Positions 33,054-44,700 of a stretch of 64,000 nt of DNA are shown piece by piece (positions within the stretch are counted from its first letter, which is position 1; every line of letters begins with the position of its first letter). The notes beneath the pieces were generated by a model that did no database searches, was not told where the DNA came from, and worked only from the letters and a program-made list of their open reading frames with translations. Origin of the DNA: Azolla caroliniana (taxonomy: Eukaryota > Plantae > Polypodiophyta). The stretch lies in assembly GCA_043228905.1 (NCBI GenBank), contig JBHGNT010000009.1:3782001-3846000 (forward strand). Direction: 5' to 3'. Made by a program: the position numbers and the translations under genes.

Positions 33054-34045
33054 CCCTTTCATCTTCTGCTCTTCTGCCACCTCCTTCACATCGGGTTCAC
33101 CAATGATGTCGAGGTTTTCCTCGCGGATGCGTGGAATGAGGCGGGACCTCGGGGGTCCTGTACCAAAGAGCAAGAGAGAAAGGAGAAGATGCCCACTACG
33201 TGCGAGAGTAGATTCACAGGGACACGGCCCTTCGACGCAAGGACGCGAGTGGGACAACGACACAGGAAGACACAAACGTATGTATGTATTAACAAACGAC
33301 AAACAACACAACACAGAGTCGGTTACAACCGAACAGGCCGGCGAACAGATGCCGATACCTGTTCGTAAACGCACAGAAAGGAAGGAGTAGGTTGGAGGTG
33401 CTACCGGAAGCACTCGGGCATTCCTCAAAGCAGCGCGAGCCTCCCGAAACCTGCACAGAAGGAAGCTATGGCATTTGCAAACCAGAGAGAGAGAGAGAGA
33501 GAAGCCTTCGCACGCAAACCGACAGCACTTCGTCCTCGACTCCCCGCGATCCCTCTACCCTCCTCGTCTCCCTCCTTTTATAGGCAAGGAAGGAGCCGTT
33601 TCCCCTTTACTCCCTACCTACCGAATCTACCTAGGATCTCCTATGTACAACTTAAGGCGCACGTGCATGAAGAGTCGGTTTCTACGCTCCGGTGCACGGA
33701 TTCCGCTCGTGGACGGTTTTCTTCACGACAACGTTCTCTTATTTTCTTAATTGCTTCTACACCATGTCGAGTTGCTTTGAAACCTGGCATTCGAGGGCAC
33801 TTGGTTCTTCTTTGGTTTTCTACTTCATCAAGGAAGAGGCCAAGTGGTGCAGGTGTGTCGACATTTGGTGTCTCCCCCCCTCCCTGAAAAACTTCATTTG
33901 TTACATGTTGGTGAATACTACAAACATTATTGTCAACATTTTGTAGCTTATTCTCTCTGTTTTGTTTTAGTTCTATCATATATCTACCTATTTTCTTTAT
34001 ATCTAGAGTATCTAATAGTTTGGGGAGGGTGGGGGAGGAACTAGT

Positions 34046-34598
34046 TGATAGGGAAATACGCGGAATAATCTCCGGCCACGACCGAAGCGTAGATCACTTG
34101 ATTACAATCGAACACAGAAGAAATGGGAATAGAGGTAAGTACCCGAACAGAAAAAAGAATACACAGGATGTTAACGTGGAAAACCCTGAGAGGGAAAAAA
34201 CCACGGGAGTCCACAAACTCCAAACTATCACTATGCCAACAATTACAACAGGGAGCACAGAGACAACGACCTCCTACTCATGATCTTCGCTTGGCGGCGG
34301 TTATAACAGAGACATACTCTATATCGCTCTCTCTGTCTCTCTCTCTGTACAGTCGTTACACGAAAATTACACACACACATAGAGTTTGCCCTAGGTCATA
34401 TTTATACTAATATGACTTTCGGCTATTTACAAAATATAGCCCCAGTGGGCTCTTTGGAACATATTTACATATATGTCCCTACATCCGGTTCTCACCGGGT
34501 CTTCCGTTGTCGGGTACTCCATATCCGGTTTAGGCCTCGGCCGAGTTGCTCAACACTGTTCTTCTCACTTCCCATCCGGAGGGACCTGTTTCCTAACA
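34046..34598 (-). mobile_element. Solo LTR related to the Copia LTR at 13865
   Basis: TG..CA termini with TSD CTAGT at 34041-34045 and 34599-34603; shares GGTCCCTCCGGATGGGA, TATAAATATGAC and GGGTTTTCCACGT blocks. Confidence 0.92.
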
Positions 34599-36966
34599 CT
34601 AGTATGTCTCGGTATTTTGCCATTATCTCGGCATAAGTTGGGCACTTGCATGTAAAGTGGTACTCATCCTCTATCTCTATGTGGCACAACCTACATAGCC
34701 TTTCCTCCCTAGGGACTCTATTAGCCCGACCATTCTCAATCTCAAGTTGGTGAGATGATATCCTAAGTTGTCCAATGGCAACCCTTAGTGCATTTGGTAA
34801 GAATGCATCTAGATATTTTGGTTGTGTAATAAAGCCTAACTTAGAGAAGTGCATGAAGTGTTCCTTATAGTACAACATTTTAGATGGGAGTGGCTCTAGT
34901 GGGGTTATCCATTTATACCGAGTGTAAATTTGCCCTATTTCTTGGCGTATTACTTTATTACGATCCTCATGAGAGATTAAAGTGTTATCAATTGCGTGGT
35001 TGTACCTAAGGGGAGGTAGGTTATTAATGTCTAGACCGTTCGCAAGAAGCCAACTCACCATCATGCCATACTATGAGCTAGTATATCCAGACTCATACAG
35101 TGATCGAGAGGCCTCAAAGGCTTGATGAGATATCCTATCATGTGGTTGGATATGTATCCTATGAATAAAGACTACAAGTTAAAAAAGTGCCTCTACTAAC
35201 ATCGGGGGTAAAGTGAACTCCGCTCTAATAATGTCATGTGGTATTGTCGATTTGCTTCAGAGTTGGCATGATAACATCATCACCAATGGTTTGTCTAATT
35301 GTGTTCACATGAAAGATGGTAGCCTTGGGGCCCAAACCACTGATGCATACATGAGAGAGGGGGTCACTAATGAGTTAAAGAGCCACCCTTTAGTTTGTGG
35401 CTCTTGAAAGTATGCTTGGTGGCATTGTTTCTCTAGGAGTGAGGGGGATGCATGTCCTCTTGTAAGTCTATCCTTCATTGCCTGTGTCATTGAAAATTTA
35501 CCTGAGAGGGCACTAAAAGTGACTCCAAGATAGACATATGATCCAACTACCTCAACTGGGTTGGGAGATGGTTAGATGACATTTAGCTCTAACTTGGGCC
35601 AATGTGTGGAAGATAAGGACTTTAGTTTTTCCTAGATTCACTACCAATCCTCGGTGTGTGCAAAAGTCATCTAAGGCATTAAGGTGCCTTTGTAGGTCGT
35701 GTTCAAATTCAGAGAGCAAAATTATGTCGTCTGCATAGAACAAGATACGAATTTGCGTATCCCTAAGGACAACTCTGTATGGTATATGGTATCCTCAAAC
35801 TTTTAAGCCTATCAAACAACTACTCTCTAGGGACCGTGTCAAAGGCTTTGCAAAAGTCCACAAAACAACAATATAATTTCTTCTTGCGAGCTTTTGTCTG
35901 GTCATTAAGCATTTAAGTGTGAAGATATGATCAATAGTAGAGAAGGTTGGTCTAAAGCCAACCTATTCAGGTGTGCGAAGATTAAGGGTCTCCATATAAT
36001 CGCTAACCTCTGCTTCCATTACTACACCATATAATTTAACAAGTGTATGACCTATCATAATGTTCCTATATGTATTTGGGTCCATGGGGTCTCCTCCTTT
36101 ATGTATGGGGGCCATTGTGTTCATAGTCCATTGTGCTGGAAAACCCTCCGCGAGGGCACGATTGAAGATTAGAGTTAGAAAGAGAGCTAGCCACTCTCGC
36201 GCATATATGATGTGTTCTGCTCACAATCATGTGTGGTCCATGGACTTGCTATGTTGTAATTTCTTTATGACCTTCGTGACCCAAGAGGTCGTGAAAAGTG
36301 TCCCCATGGTAGGTCGGGGTGTAGAAGGTATTGGAATGGGTGGCTGGTTTGGGATTTGGTAAAGTCTCTATGTATATGTGTGCCAAGTGCTGGGATCCTC
36401 GATGGGTGTTTGTGGTCTTGGTTCTCGTAGTCTCTTCAATGCAGTGGCGCAATCGCTACTCATGAGCATATGGTAGCGTTCCCAATATTGGGATGCCTCC
36501 CACACTCGTCTCTTACGACGTGTCATCTTGTGCATTTCTTTGCGAGCTTGTACTGAGGTAATAGTACCATTGAGTTGCGACACTATAAGTTGTCTATGTA
36601 AGTCCCTACAATCCTCATCATGCCATCTATTTTGTGGCATAGATCCTAATATACATTGATTGGAGTGTTTCGTATATGGGAAACTGCTAACTACTAAAGA
36701 GTGAAGGATGTGTGTAAGTTTCGTAGTAAGGCTCTCTAAAGGCAAGGAGGGATCAAGAGAGGAGAGATGGGCTTGAACATGTCGAGAGTATATGTCAGAG
36801 AGTTCATGTGTGAAATGTATTGTAGTGTGATGGCTTGTTTGACTGGAGTTGGTGACTTTGGAGATATTGCATTTTAGCTCAAAGTATAAGAAACTATGGT
36901 CCGCGCCAATAGGACATGGGCCATCCAAAAGGAGTTAATAATGTGGGTGGCTTTAGGGCATCCTAT

Positions 36967-37585
36967 TGTTAGGAAACAGGTCCCTTCGGATGGGAAGTGA
37001 GAAGAACAGTGTTGATGAGCAAACTGGATGTGGAGTACCCAGCAACGGAAGACCCGGTGAGAACCGGATGTGGAGGACCCGGCAACGGAAGGCCCGGTGA
37101 GAATCGGATAAGTACCTGGCAAGAGCCGGATGGTGAAGGCCCGGTGAGAAGTGCTCACCGGATGAAGGGACATATTTGTAAATATGTTTTCTGATAGTCC
37201 ATCGGGGCTATATTTGTAAATAGCCGGAAAATCATATTAGTATAAATATGACTTAGGGCAAAGTTAGTGAATAGTTAGTTGTTATTCTTGTTGGTGCAAG
37301 ATTTGAGTGCGTAACTGTGTACAGAGAGAGTGAGAGAGAGGAAGAGGTTGTTGCCTCTATTGTAACCGCCGCCTGTGGCGAAGATAGCAAGCTCGAGGTC
37401 GTTGCCTCGGTGCTTTACTATTGTACATTGTTGATATAGTGATAGTTTGCAGTCTATGGGTTGCCGTGGTTTTTCCCTAGTTTGGGTTTTCCACGTTAAC
37501 ATCATGTGTACTCTTCTCTTCACTGTGTCATGCGTTCATTACCCGTTTTCTGTGTTTGATTCTAGCATTTCTAGGTTTCTATTCA
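36967..37585 (+). mobile_element. Older solo LTR of the same group
   Basis: Starts TGTTAGGAAACAGGTCCC. The right end is approximate, with an imperfect TSD (CCTAT / TCTAA). Confidence 0.75.
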
Positions 37586-39235
37586 TCTAAAATATTGTGC
37601 ATTGTTGGGATCAGGTTCTCACATTGAAATCTCCTATTAAGAAAGACTTCTCCTTGGGAAGAATATCGGATTATGTCATCCGATAGAGGATCGTATGGAG
37701 AAGGCCCATGTGGCACTCCTTCATCAATTAAACTCGCGTCTCCCACCATATTATAACGGGATCCTTTTTGGGGAAAGTAACAAATTGCGAAAAATACTGC
37801 CTAGTCCTTGCTTGTGAAGACTTTCACCCACATAAAAAGAGCATATGGGTTTGTCCTTAGTATTTCTATCCTATTATGTAGCTCTCTTCGAAACAACATT
37901 GTGACACCACCAGATCCTTTGGTAGTGCATCGACATGAGATTTGTCTAAATGCAGACTCCCAACGAAATCCATCGACTCGTGGGAGTTCTCTATTTGGGC
38001 TTTGGTGTGTTTCTACCAAGAAAAGTATATTTGATACCTTTAATATCTCCTCTAGGCGGCAGGGGTGTGTCCAAAGTGCGTCGTTACAATTCCATAAGGT
38101 TATCCTAAGTGTATTTTTCGTCACATTGGTTGCACGTTGTCAATTAGTAGCGCGATCATTTATGATCACTTGCCCGTCTCGATAAAATGCGCGATGCCCT
38201 TCTTTACGAGCTTGCATGACTCGTGGCATGCAGATTTTGCGGTGCTCAATTTGCATCTTAGTGAGGTCTTCATCTAGATAGATAAGGTCCCCACCTAATC
38301 CTTGAAGAATTGGCCTCTTCTTAAAGAATGTGATTCTAGATTATAAGTCTTTAAATTGAAGGACTAAGGCTCTCTTCCTAGTTATGTCACGTTTGGCCCT
38401 CCAAACTTTGGCGATAGGTAGGGCCTCTATGTACCCTAAAATTTTCCCAAGTGTTCGTGCATCCTCGTCGGGGGATGCACCTTCCTTGAGCCCAGTGTTA
38501 CGTACGTTTAAGCGTCGGGCTTGACGCATTTTCTCTTCTTCTAAGGTAGTGTTAACAATATTTTCCTCTTTTATTTCTTTTCTAATGTTTCTTTTAACCA
38601 CATCTACCCAACCCGTTTTAGCTAACGCCATGTCATTTTTAACTTCCTTTGTAACTTTTTTAATCTCTTCCTTTATATCCTCTATGGAGGATATTTCATC
38701 GTCCTCCCTAGATACCCCGATGTCATTAAGTTGTTTTTTAAGGTTGGTGTTTTCCACTTTAAGTTTCTCTATTTAGGCCTTAAAGGCGTCTTTTTCCTCT
38801 CTATCTTTATTTTTGTGGGTTTCAGTGTCTTTTGCCCGTTTTCTCATATCCATCTCTATTTTTCCTAAACGATTAAACATTTCTAAAAAGTCTTCTTTGC
38901 TTATAGCCTCGTCTTGTATGTCCTTATGTTCCTTAGTTCGTTTAGACGTCATTGTGGTGTCAATAAGAAAAAAGATAAAAGAAATGGATGAGAGACTTAG
39001 CCGAGTCTATTTGGACGTCACAGTCACATCAACATTTTGTTGGTTTGCATGTAGCACGCAACGAGCACACCGAAAGAACCCACCAAAGGAGGCAAGCACT
39101 CAAAGTGAAACACACACACCTCAAAGGTCCACCAAGAATGTGCACTTTACAATGGTAACAGTAACTCAGACCACACACAACCAAGCAAGGGGCAACATGC
39201 AACGTCAATAGAACAGAGAGAGAGAGAGAGAGAGA

Positions 39236-39324
39236 GCCTAGATGGATGTAGCTTAGTTGGTAAGGTTGCCCAATGGAGACCAGGTGGTCATGGGCTCAAC
39301 CCCTACATTCCATAGTGGCATCTA

Positions 39325-39363
<39 letters not shown>

Positions 39364-39460
39364 AGATGGATGTAGCTCAGTTGGTAAGGTTGCCCAATGG
39401 AGACCAGGTGGTTATGGGTTCAACCCCTATATTCCACAATGGCATTTAGTGAATTAAGAG
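39236..39460 (+). mobile_element. Two tandem tRNA-derived SINE-like repeats embedded in (AG)n
   Basis: Box A TAGCTCAGTTGG and box B GGTTCAACCCC; copies at ~39236-39331 and ~39360-39460. Confidence 0.65.
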
Positions 39461-40789
39461 ATATATAATAGAGAGGTGAGGAAGTTGGGTTTCGAACTCA
39501 GAACGCAGTGCTTGTCGTGCTAACAACTTACTACTAGGGTAAGGTAATTACGATAAAAGAGAGAGAGAGAGAGAGAGATTTGAAAATAGAAGGTGAAAAG
39601 AAAAACCTTCTTAGAAGAATCACCAATGTTGCTTTTATAATCTTACAATGGTTATTGTCCTAAGGATGCACACCCACGGAGATATGAGGCCCTTTCATTC
39701 TAATTTATGTGTGATACTCTCTTCTCCTATTATACTATGTTTGATTAGAAAAGGGTGGGGGGTCTAATGTCTGAGGGGTACTTAGCTTGATGGTCGTTAG
39801 ACATACATGATGGTTTCATTGCCATACTCAAATCTCAACCAAGACAGGTGAGCACACATGTGCATGCATTATTTTCAAGGTGATCCCCATACTTAAGGAG
39901 TCACATACAAGGTGATATATTTATTCGACATCATAGGTTAAATTTGGCCTCCTTTTGGATAATAACAAAATCTAATCTAATTCGTGCACAATCTTGCTTA
40001 GATCAAATCACTTCCTATTGAGATCATGAAGATTTCTTATGATGCCAATGTATCATGGCTCGAGAAAGATTAGGGGGTTATGTGTTACATATTATATTAA
40101 AATTGTTTTACCAAACTATAAAACCATTTTTTCCAAATGAGAAAACCACATTCACCGACATATACTAGAGCCCATCCCTTTATTTGTCTACCATCTGCAA
40201 CATTGATTGTAAATTTGCTATAACTTGGCTCAAATTTTCTTCAATGTGAATGAGACATTAGGCATAGACAAGGAGGCTCGTCAACTACACATTTTTTCCT
40301 CTAAACAAATTCAAGAGTTTGAACATCAGAGTTTGATACAACGCTTTGTCTTTGACCACATTTGAATTCTTTTTCCACACACATTGCCAATCAAGTCAAA
40401 TCTCTACACATTCTCTCACAGTCATAATGTGGAATCCTCACCATGGAGAACTTGTTTTTGCAAGAAAACCCCATTTGGCTCACACATACACAGCTTATAG
40501 GATAAGCCTCTATTGTAATAAATCCTCATAAGGCTAGCAAGTTTGTCATTGCCACATCTATACAAGAAAACTACAAGCACTTAGATACAAATAAGAAATG
40601 GATTGTTGTTTCAAGAGGTCGTTGCATTCTATCTATTCAAATAATTGAAGGTATTAATTATGTTACCCCAAATGAGCAAGGCTTACAACTTGTGATTAGC
40701 ATCTAAAGTACACATAATTTTGTACAATTTACATAAACGGGATACTAATTAGCACCAATGGATAATGTATTTGTGCAATAAATAAAAAA

Positions 40790-41820
40790 CTTTCATCTCG
40801 CCTTAGACCATATCACATGCCTTTATGGTTTTTATCTTGTTAAGCTAGATCTAGCCATGCCATAAACGCATGCATATGTGTGACATCACAGTTGTGTAGG
40901 TTGATGGGATGCCAACTCTTGTTGACATTGATCCAGATAAACTCCTAACAAGCCATTGCTAAAGGTCAACAAAGAGCTTTGAAATGGAAGACAACCCAAA
41001 TGAGCTTTCATCTTGCCTTAGACCACATCGTGTGTCTTTATGGTTTTTATCTCATTAAACTTGATCTAGTCATGTCATGCAAGCATGCATGTGTAACACC
41101 ACGATTGTGTAGCTTGATGGGATGCCAACTCTTGTTGACATTGATCCTTGAAAGATAAACTCCTAACAAGCCAGCCATTGCTAAAGAGCTTTGAAATGGA
41201 AGACATAACCCAAATGAACTTTCATTTTGCCGTAGACCACATTTTATGTTTTTATGGTTTGCTTTGAAACGGAAGACATAACCCAAATGAACTTTTATCT
41301 TACATTAGACCACATCGCATGTCTTTATGGTTTTTATCTCCATAAGCTTGATCAAGCCATGTTATACAAGCATGCATGTGTGACATCACAATTGTGCCGC
41401 TTCATGGGATGCCAACTCTTGTTGACATTGAATCCTTGAAAGATAAACTCTGAACAAGCCATTGATAAAGGTCAACAAAGAGCTTTGAAATGGAAGACAT
41501 AACCCAAATGAGCTTTCATCTTGCCTTAGACCACATTGCATGTCTTTATGGTTTTTAACTCGTTAAGCTTGATCAAGCCATGTTAAACAAGCATGCATGT
41601 GTGACATTGCGATTGTGCAGCTTGATGGGATGCCAACTCTTGTTGACATTGAATCCTTGAAAGATAAACTCCTGACAAGCCATTGCTATGTGTGACATTG
41701 CGATTGTGCAGCTTGATGGGATGCCAAGTCTTGTTGACATTGAATCCTTGAAAGATAAACTCCTGACAAGCCATTGCTAACGGTCAACATAGAGCTTTGA
41801 AATGGAAGACAATCCAAATG
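40790..41820. repeat. Degenerate ~215-bp tandem repeat (~4.5 copies) downstream of the PPR gene
   Basis: Recurrent GATGGGATGCCAACTCTTGTTGACATTG...GAGCTTTGAAATGGAAGAC...CCTTAGACCAC blocks, with internal partial duplications. Confidence 0.9.
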
Positions 41821-42056
41821 CATTTCCCTGTAGTTCTTCTCATATGAGCAAATATTGAAGTCAGCAATAATGAAAAGAGCTGAAATCGCTTGTGAAAAAT
41901 AATGAGCTCTTCTGAATTTCTCATTCACCATGAGGGACGAAACTTGACCTTCATGTGAGCACTTTTAAGAGCCTTGTCATGTGAATATGTGATATTTGAA
42001 GATTGATGGCTCAAAAATCTATAATTGTGTGTGGTAGAGTAACGAAGGTTCGAAAA

Positions 42057-44372
42057 TCAGATGACGCACATGGACAAATAATCAATGGCAGAACCTGATC
42101 CATGTGTTTCAACCATTTGGTCAAAGCATTGCCATCCTAGCCCTGCATTTCCATGGGTTCGGCAGCTAGCAAGCAATGATCGGCATGTAGGCATAGATGG
42201 TCTTATTGGCATACTTTGGAAGAAATCTCCTGCATAATGCAACTGCCCTGATCGACCAAGAAGATCAACCATGCAGCTGTAATGTTCAGCATTCAGAAAA
42301 TTAAATTGATTTTCTGATGCTGAACTGAACAATTCACAGCCTTCTTCAAGAAGGCCAGCATGAGTGAAAGCCACAAGCATATTAGTAAAAACTGCATTAC
42401 TTAAATGCATACCTTGTATTTGCATATCCAAGAAGCATTGCCTAGCCATAACAAAGTCCCCATGCAATGCATACCCAGAAGTCATAGAGCCCCATGATAC
42501 AATATCTTTCTCTGGGAGTTTATTGAAGACTTTCTGTGCATCCCTCATGTAACCACATTTGGCATACATATCTACAAGGGCACTCCCAACCACTACATTA
42601 CATTCAAGTCCATCCTTTACAATCCAATCATGTATAAGCTTACCCTGAAATATGGCTCCTATGTTTCCACATACTTTGCAAATGTTTGAGTAAGTTGCTT
42701 TGCTTTGCTCGACACCACTTAGATGCATTGTTTCAGCAAATCTGAGAGCAGATAAATCAAGTCCATGTAAAGTGTAGCCAGCCATCATTGTATTCCATGA
42801 CACAGAATCTTTAGTTGGCAAATAGTCAAACAATGTGTGGGCATCATCTAGGGCTGCACTTTTCGCATACAAATTGATCAATGCATTTCCTAGAAGCAAA
42901 TCTTTCTCTAGCCCACTCTCTATAATTTCACTATGTATCAAACTCCCCCATGAAAGATCTGTAAGGATGCTACACATTTTGAGGACACATAAAAATATGG
43001 TTTTGACAGGCTTAACCCCCTCCATATGCATTTTCCTAAACAGCTCAAGAACACAAAGGCAATGGCCTTCTGTGGCATACCTTGCAATGATGGCACCCCA
43101 AGATACCACATCTTGATTACATGATGTACTGAACACATTTTGGGCCTCAATAAAGTTACCACACTTTGCATACATATCAACAAGAGCACTTGCAATGACA
43201 CTGTTGGAATGAAGACCTTTCTCAATGATCTCATGATGCACTTGCCTTCCTATGGGAAGTTCTCCTGCGATACCACACGCCTTAAGAGTTGATGAGAAAG
43301 TAGCATCCGTAGGCTTAACACCTTCCACCTGAAGTTTATCAAATAAACTTAGAGCAAGAATACCTTGTCCTACCTGGACATGGCCTCCAATCATTGCACC
43401 CCATGTGGCTGCATCTTTGTTCGGCAAGGTATCAAAAACCTTTTGTGCATCATTCACCTTTCCACAAGCAGAATACAAGTCAACAAGCGCAGTTCCAAGA
43501 GCTAAATCTAGTTCAAATGAAGCTCTAATAACTTGGTCATGTAAGACCATCCCTTGTCCTAGAAACCCTTCAGCAGAGCAAGCTTTCATTATAAAGAGAA
43601 GTATGACTTTATTTGGACATATACCCTCATTTTGTAAAGCCTCAAAAAGCTCTAGTGCATGATAACCCTGGCCTTGTGAAGAAAAACCTTCAATCAATGT
43701 ACCCCATGACACAGAATCATGAATTAACATATCGTCAAATACTTTATTTGCCTCTTCTAATCTTACACACTTAACATACACATTGATGAGAGTATTGCCA
43801 ATGCTGACATCTACTTTGATTCCCCTTTTCACAATTTCAGCATGGATTGACATTGCCATATCAACTGAACCACAAATTTTACATGCTTTCAAGATACATA
43901 CATAAATGAATCTATCTGCCATGATACCTTCACGTTGAAATTTATGGAAAAGCTCAAGAATGAAGGTTCCATGGCCATATTGAATATAGCCAAACATGAT
44001 GGCCCCCCATGTCATCACATCCCGACGAATTGAGCTTTCAAACAATTTGAATGCATCATCAAGGCTACCGAGTTTTGAATATGAATGCACAACAGCATTG
44101 AAAACCACCAAATCGGATTCAAATTGGAATTTAACGATATGATCATGTACTACTCTACAACATTTAAGGTGTTTTAGATCATTCGGTACCTTAAGCAGGG
44201 AAAGGAAGGTAGGTATGTCTGGCTGCAATCCTTCATCCAGCATCATATTGAACACATCAAACGCCTTTCCAGTGCTTCCATGTTGGGCATGTGTTGAAAT
44301 GATGGAGTTATACCTGGACACTTTAGGGTTTGAAGCTCTGAGACAATTCATTGCTACCCAGGAAAGAAACAC
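42057..44372 (-). CDS. PLS-class pentatricopeptide repeat protein with an E-like C-terminus and no DYW domain (putative organellar RNA-editing factor)
   Basis: Uninterrupted 771-aa ORF with repeated ALVDMYAKCG / DVVSWGAII / GVKP..TF..LKAC triplets and HYSCMVDLLGRSG..LLASCRTHGN. Confidence 0.95.
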   Translation of the reverse strand: MFLSWVAMNCLRASNPKVSRYNSIISTHAQHGSTGKAFDVFNMMLDEGLQPDIPTFLSLLKVPNDLKHLKCCRVVHDHIVKFQFESDLVVFNAVVHSYSKLGSLDDAFKLFESSIRRDVMTWGAIMFGYIQYGHGTFILELFHKFQREGIMADRFIYVCILKACKICGSVDMAMSIHAEIVKRGIKVDVSIGNTLINVYVKCVRLEEANKVFDDMLIHDSVSWGTLIEGFSSQGQGYHALELFEALQNEGICPNKVILLFIMKACSAEGFLGQGMVLHDQVIRASFELDLALGTALVDLYSACGKVNDAQKVFDTLPNKDAATWGAMIGGHVQVGQGILALSLFDKLQVEGVKPTDATFSSTLKACGIAGELPIGRQVHHEIIEKGLHSNSVIASALVDMYAKCGNFIEAQNVFSTSCNQDVVSWGAIIARYATEGHCLCVLELFRKMHMEGVKPVKTIFLCVLKMCSILTDLSWGSLIHSEIIESGLEKDLLLGNALINLYAKSAALDDAHTLFDYLPTKDSVSWNTMMAGYTLHGLDLSALRFAETMHLSGVEQSKATYSNICKVCGNIGAIFQGKLIHDWIVKDGLECNVVVGSALVDMYAKCGYMRDAQKVFNKLPEKDIVSWGSMTSGYALHGDFVMARQCFLDMQIQGMHLSNAVFTNMLVAFTHAGLLEEGCELFSSASENQFNFLNAEHYSCMVDLLGRSGQLHYAGDFFQSMPIRPSMPTCRSLLASCRTHGNAGLGWQCFDQMVETHGSGSAIDYLSMCVI

Positions 44373-44404
44373 AGAGGATGCACATGTTCATAAACAGAGG
44401 GGGG

Positions 44405-44700
44405 GGAGCTATGATAGTTCAAATATTTGCCATGAGAAGAGATTTAAAAACATTGTAACATGTCATAACTAAAGTTGGGTTGCATAGGAGATATGGAGAT
44501 ATAATTAACAAACATATTATAGACCATGTGTCATGGAGCTATGATAGTTCAAATATTTGCCATGAGAGAGATTTAAAAACTTTAGAACAAGCCATAATTA
44601 GAGTTGAGTTGCATAGGAGATATAATCATCAAATATACTATACTATATTATACCATGTGTCATGGAGCCTCCATGCAAAGATTATATATGGATAGTTCAC
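44405..44700. repeat. ~131-bp tandem duplication (about 2.3 copies) just upstream of the PPR ORF
   Basis: GGAGCTATGATAGTTCAAATATTTGCCATGAGA at 44405 and 44536, with a partial third copy at ~44660. Confidence 0.85.

Larger units (their letters stand above)
26765..33730 (-). mobile_element. Full-length Ty3/Gypsy non-chromovirus element with tRNA-Trp PBS and 4-bp TSD
   Basis: Near-identical LTRs at 26765-27386 and 33107-33730. TSD ACGT at 26761-26764 and 33731-33734. PBS TGGTGAACCCGATGTGA (minus, 33102-33086). PPT-like GGTGGGGGCGGA next to the 3' LTR. Confidence 0.95.
26500..38950 (-). mobile_element. Decayed near-full-length LINE (ORF1 plus APE-RT ORF2) split by three LTR insertions
   Basis: Coiled-coil ORF1 at 38341-38757. 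APE motifs ITLWNC and LFLVETH at 37801-38124. RT FYADD at ~35740. CRLC..EDEYHFTCKC at ~34640-34700. The reading frame continues across the insertions at 36967, 34046 and 26765-33730. Outer ends are approximate. Confidence 0.8.

Noticed and set aside
9088-33400. Numerous overlapping 60-200 aa antisense or alternate-frame ORFs
   Set aside because: They are shadow ORFs expected in GC-rich retrotransposon coding DNA and have no independent motifs.
33107-33428. N-terminal ~110 aa of the 384-aa ORF as part of gag
   Set aside because: It lies within the LTR (the same peptide appears at 26745-27173); gag more plausibly starts after the PBS.
39236-39460. Functional tRNA genes
   Set aside because: Box A and box B are present, but I could not fold a convincing acceptor or anticodon stem, and the copies are diverged and repeated.
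41583-41931. DYW deaminase domain downstream of the PPR gene
   Set aside because: I found no HxE, CxxCH or DYW signature; the short ORFs derive from the tandem repeat.
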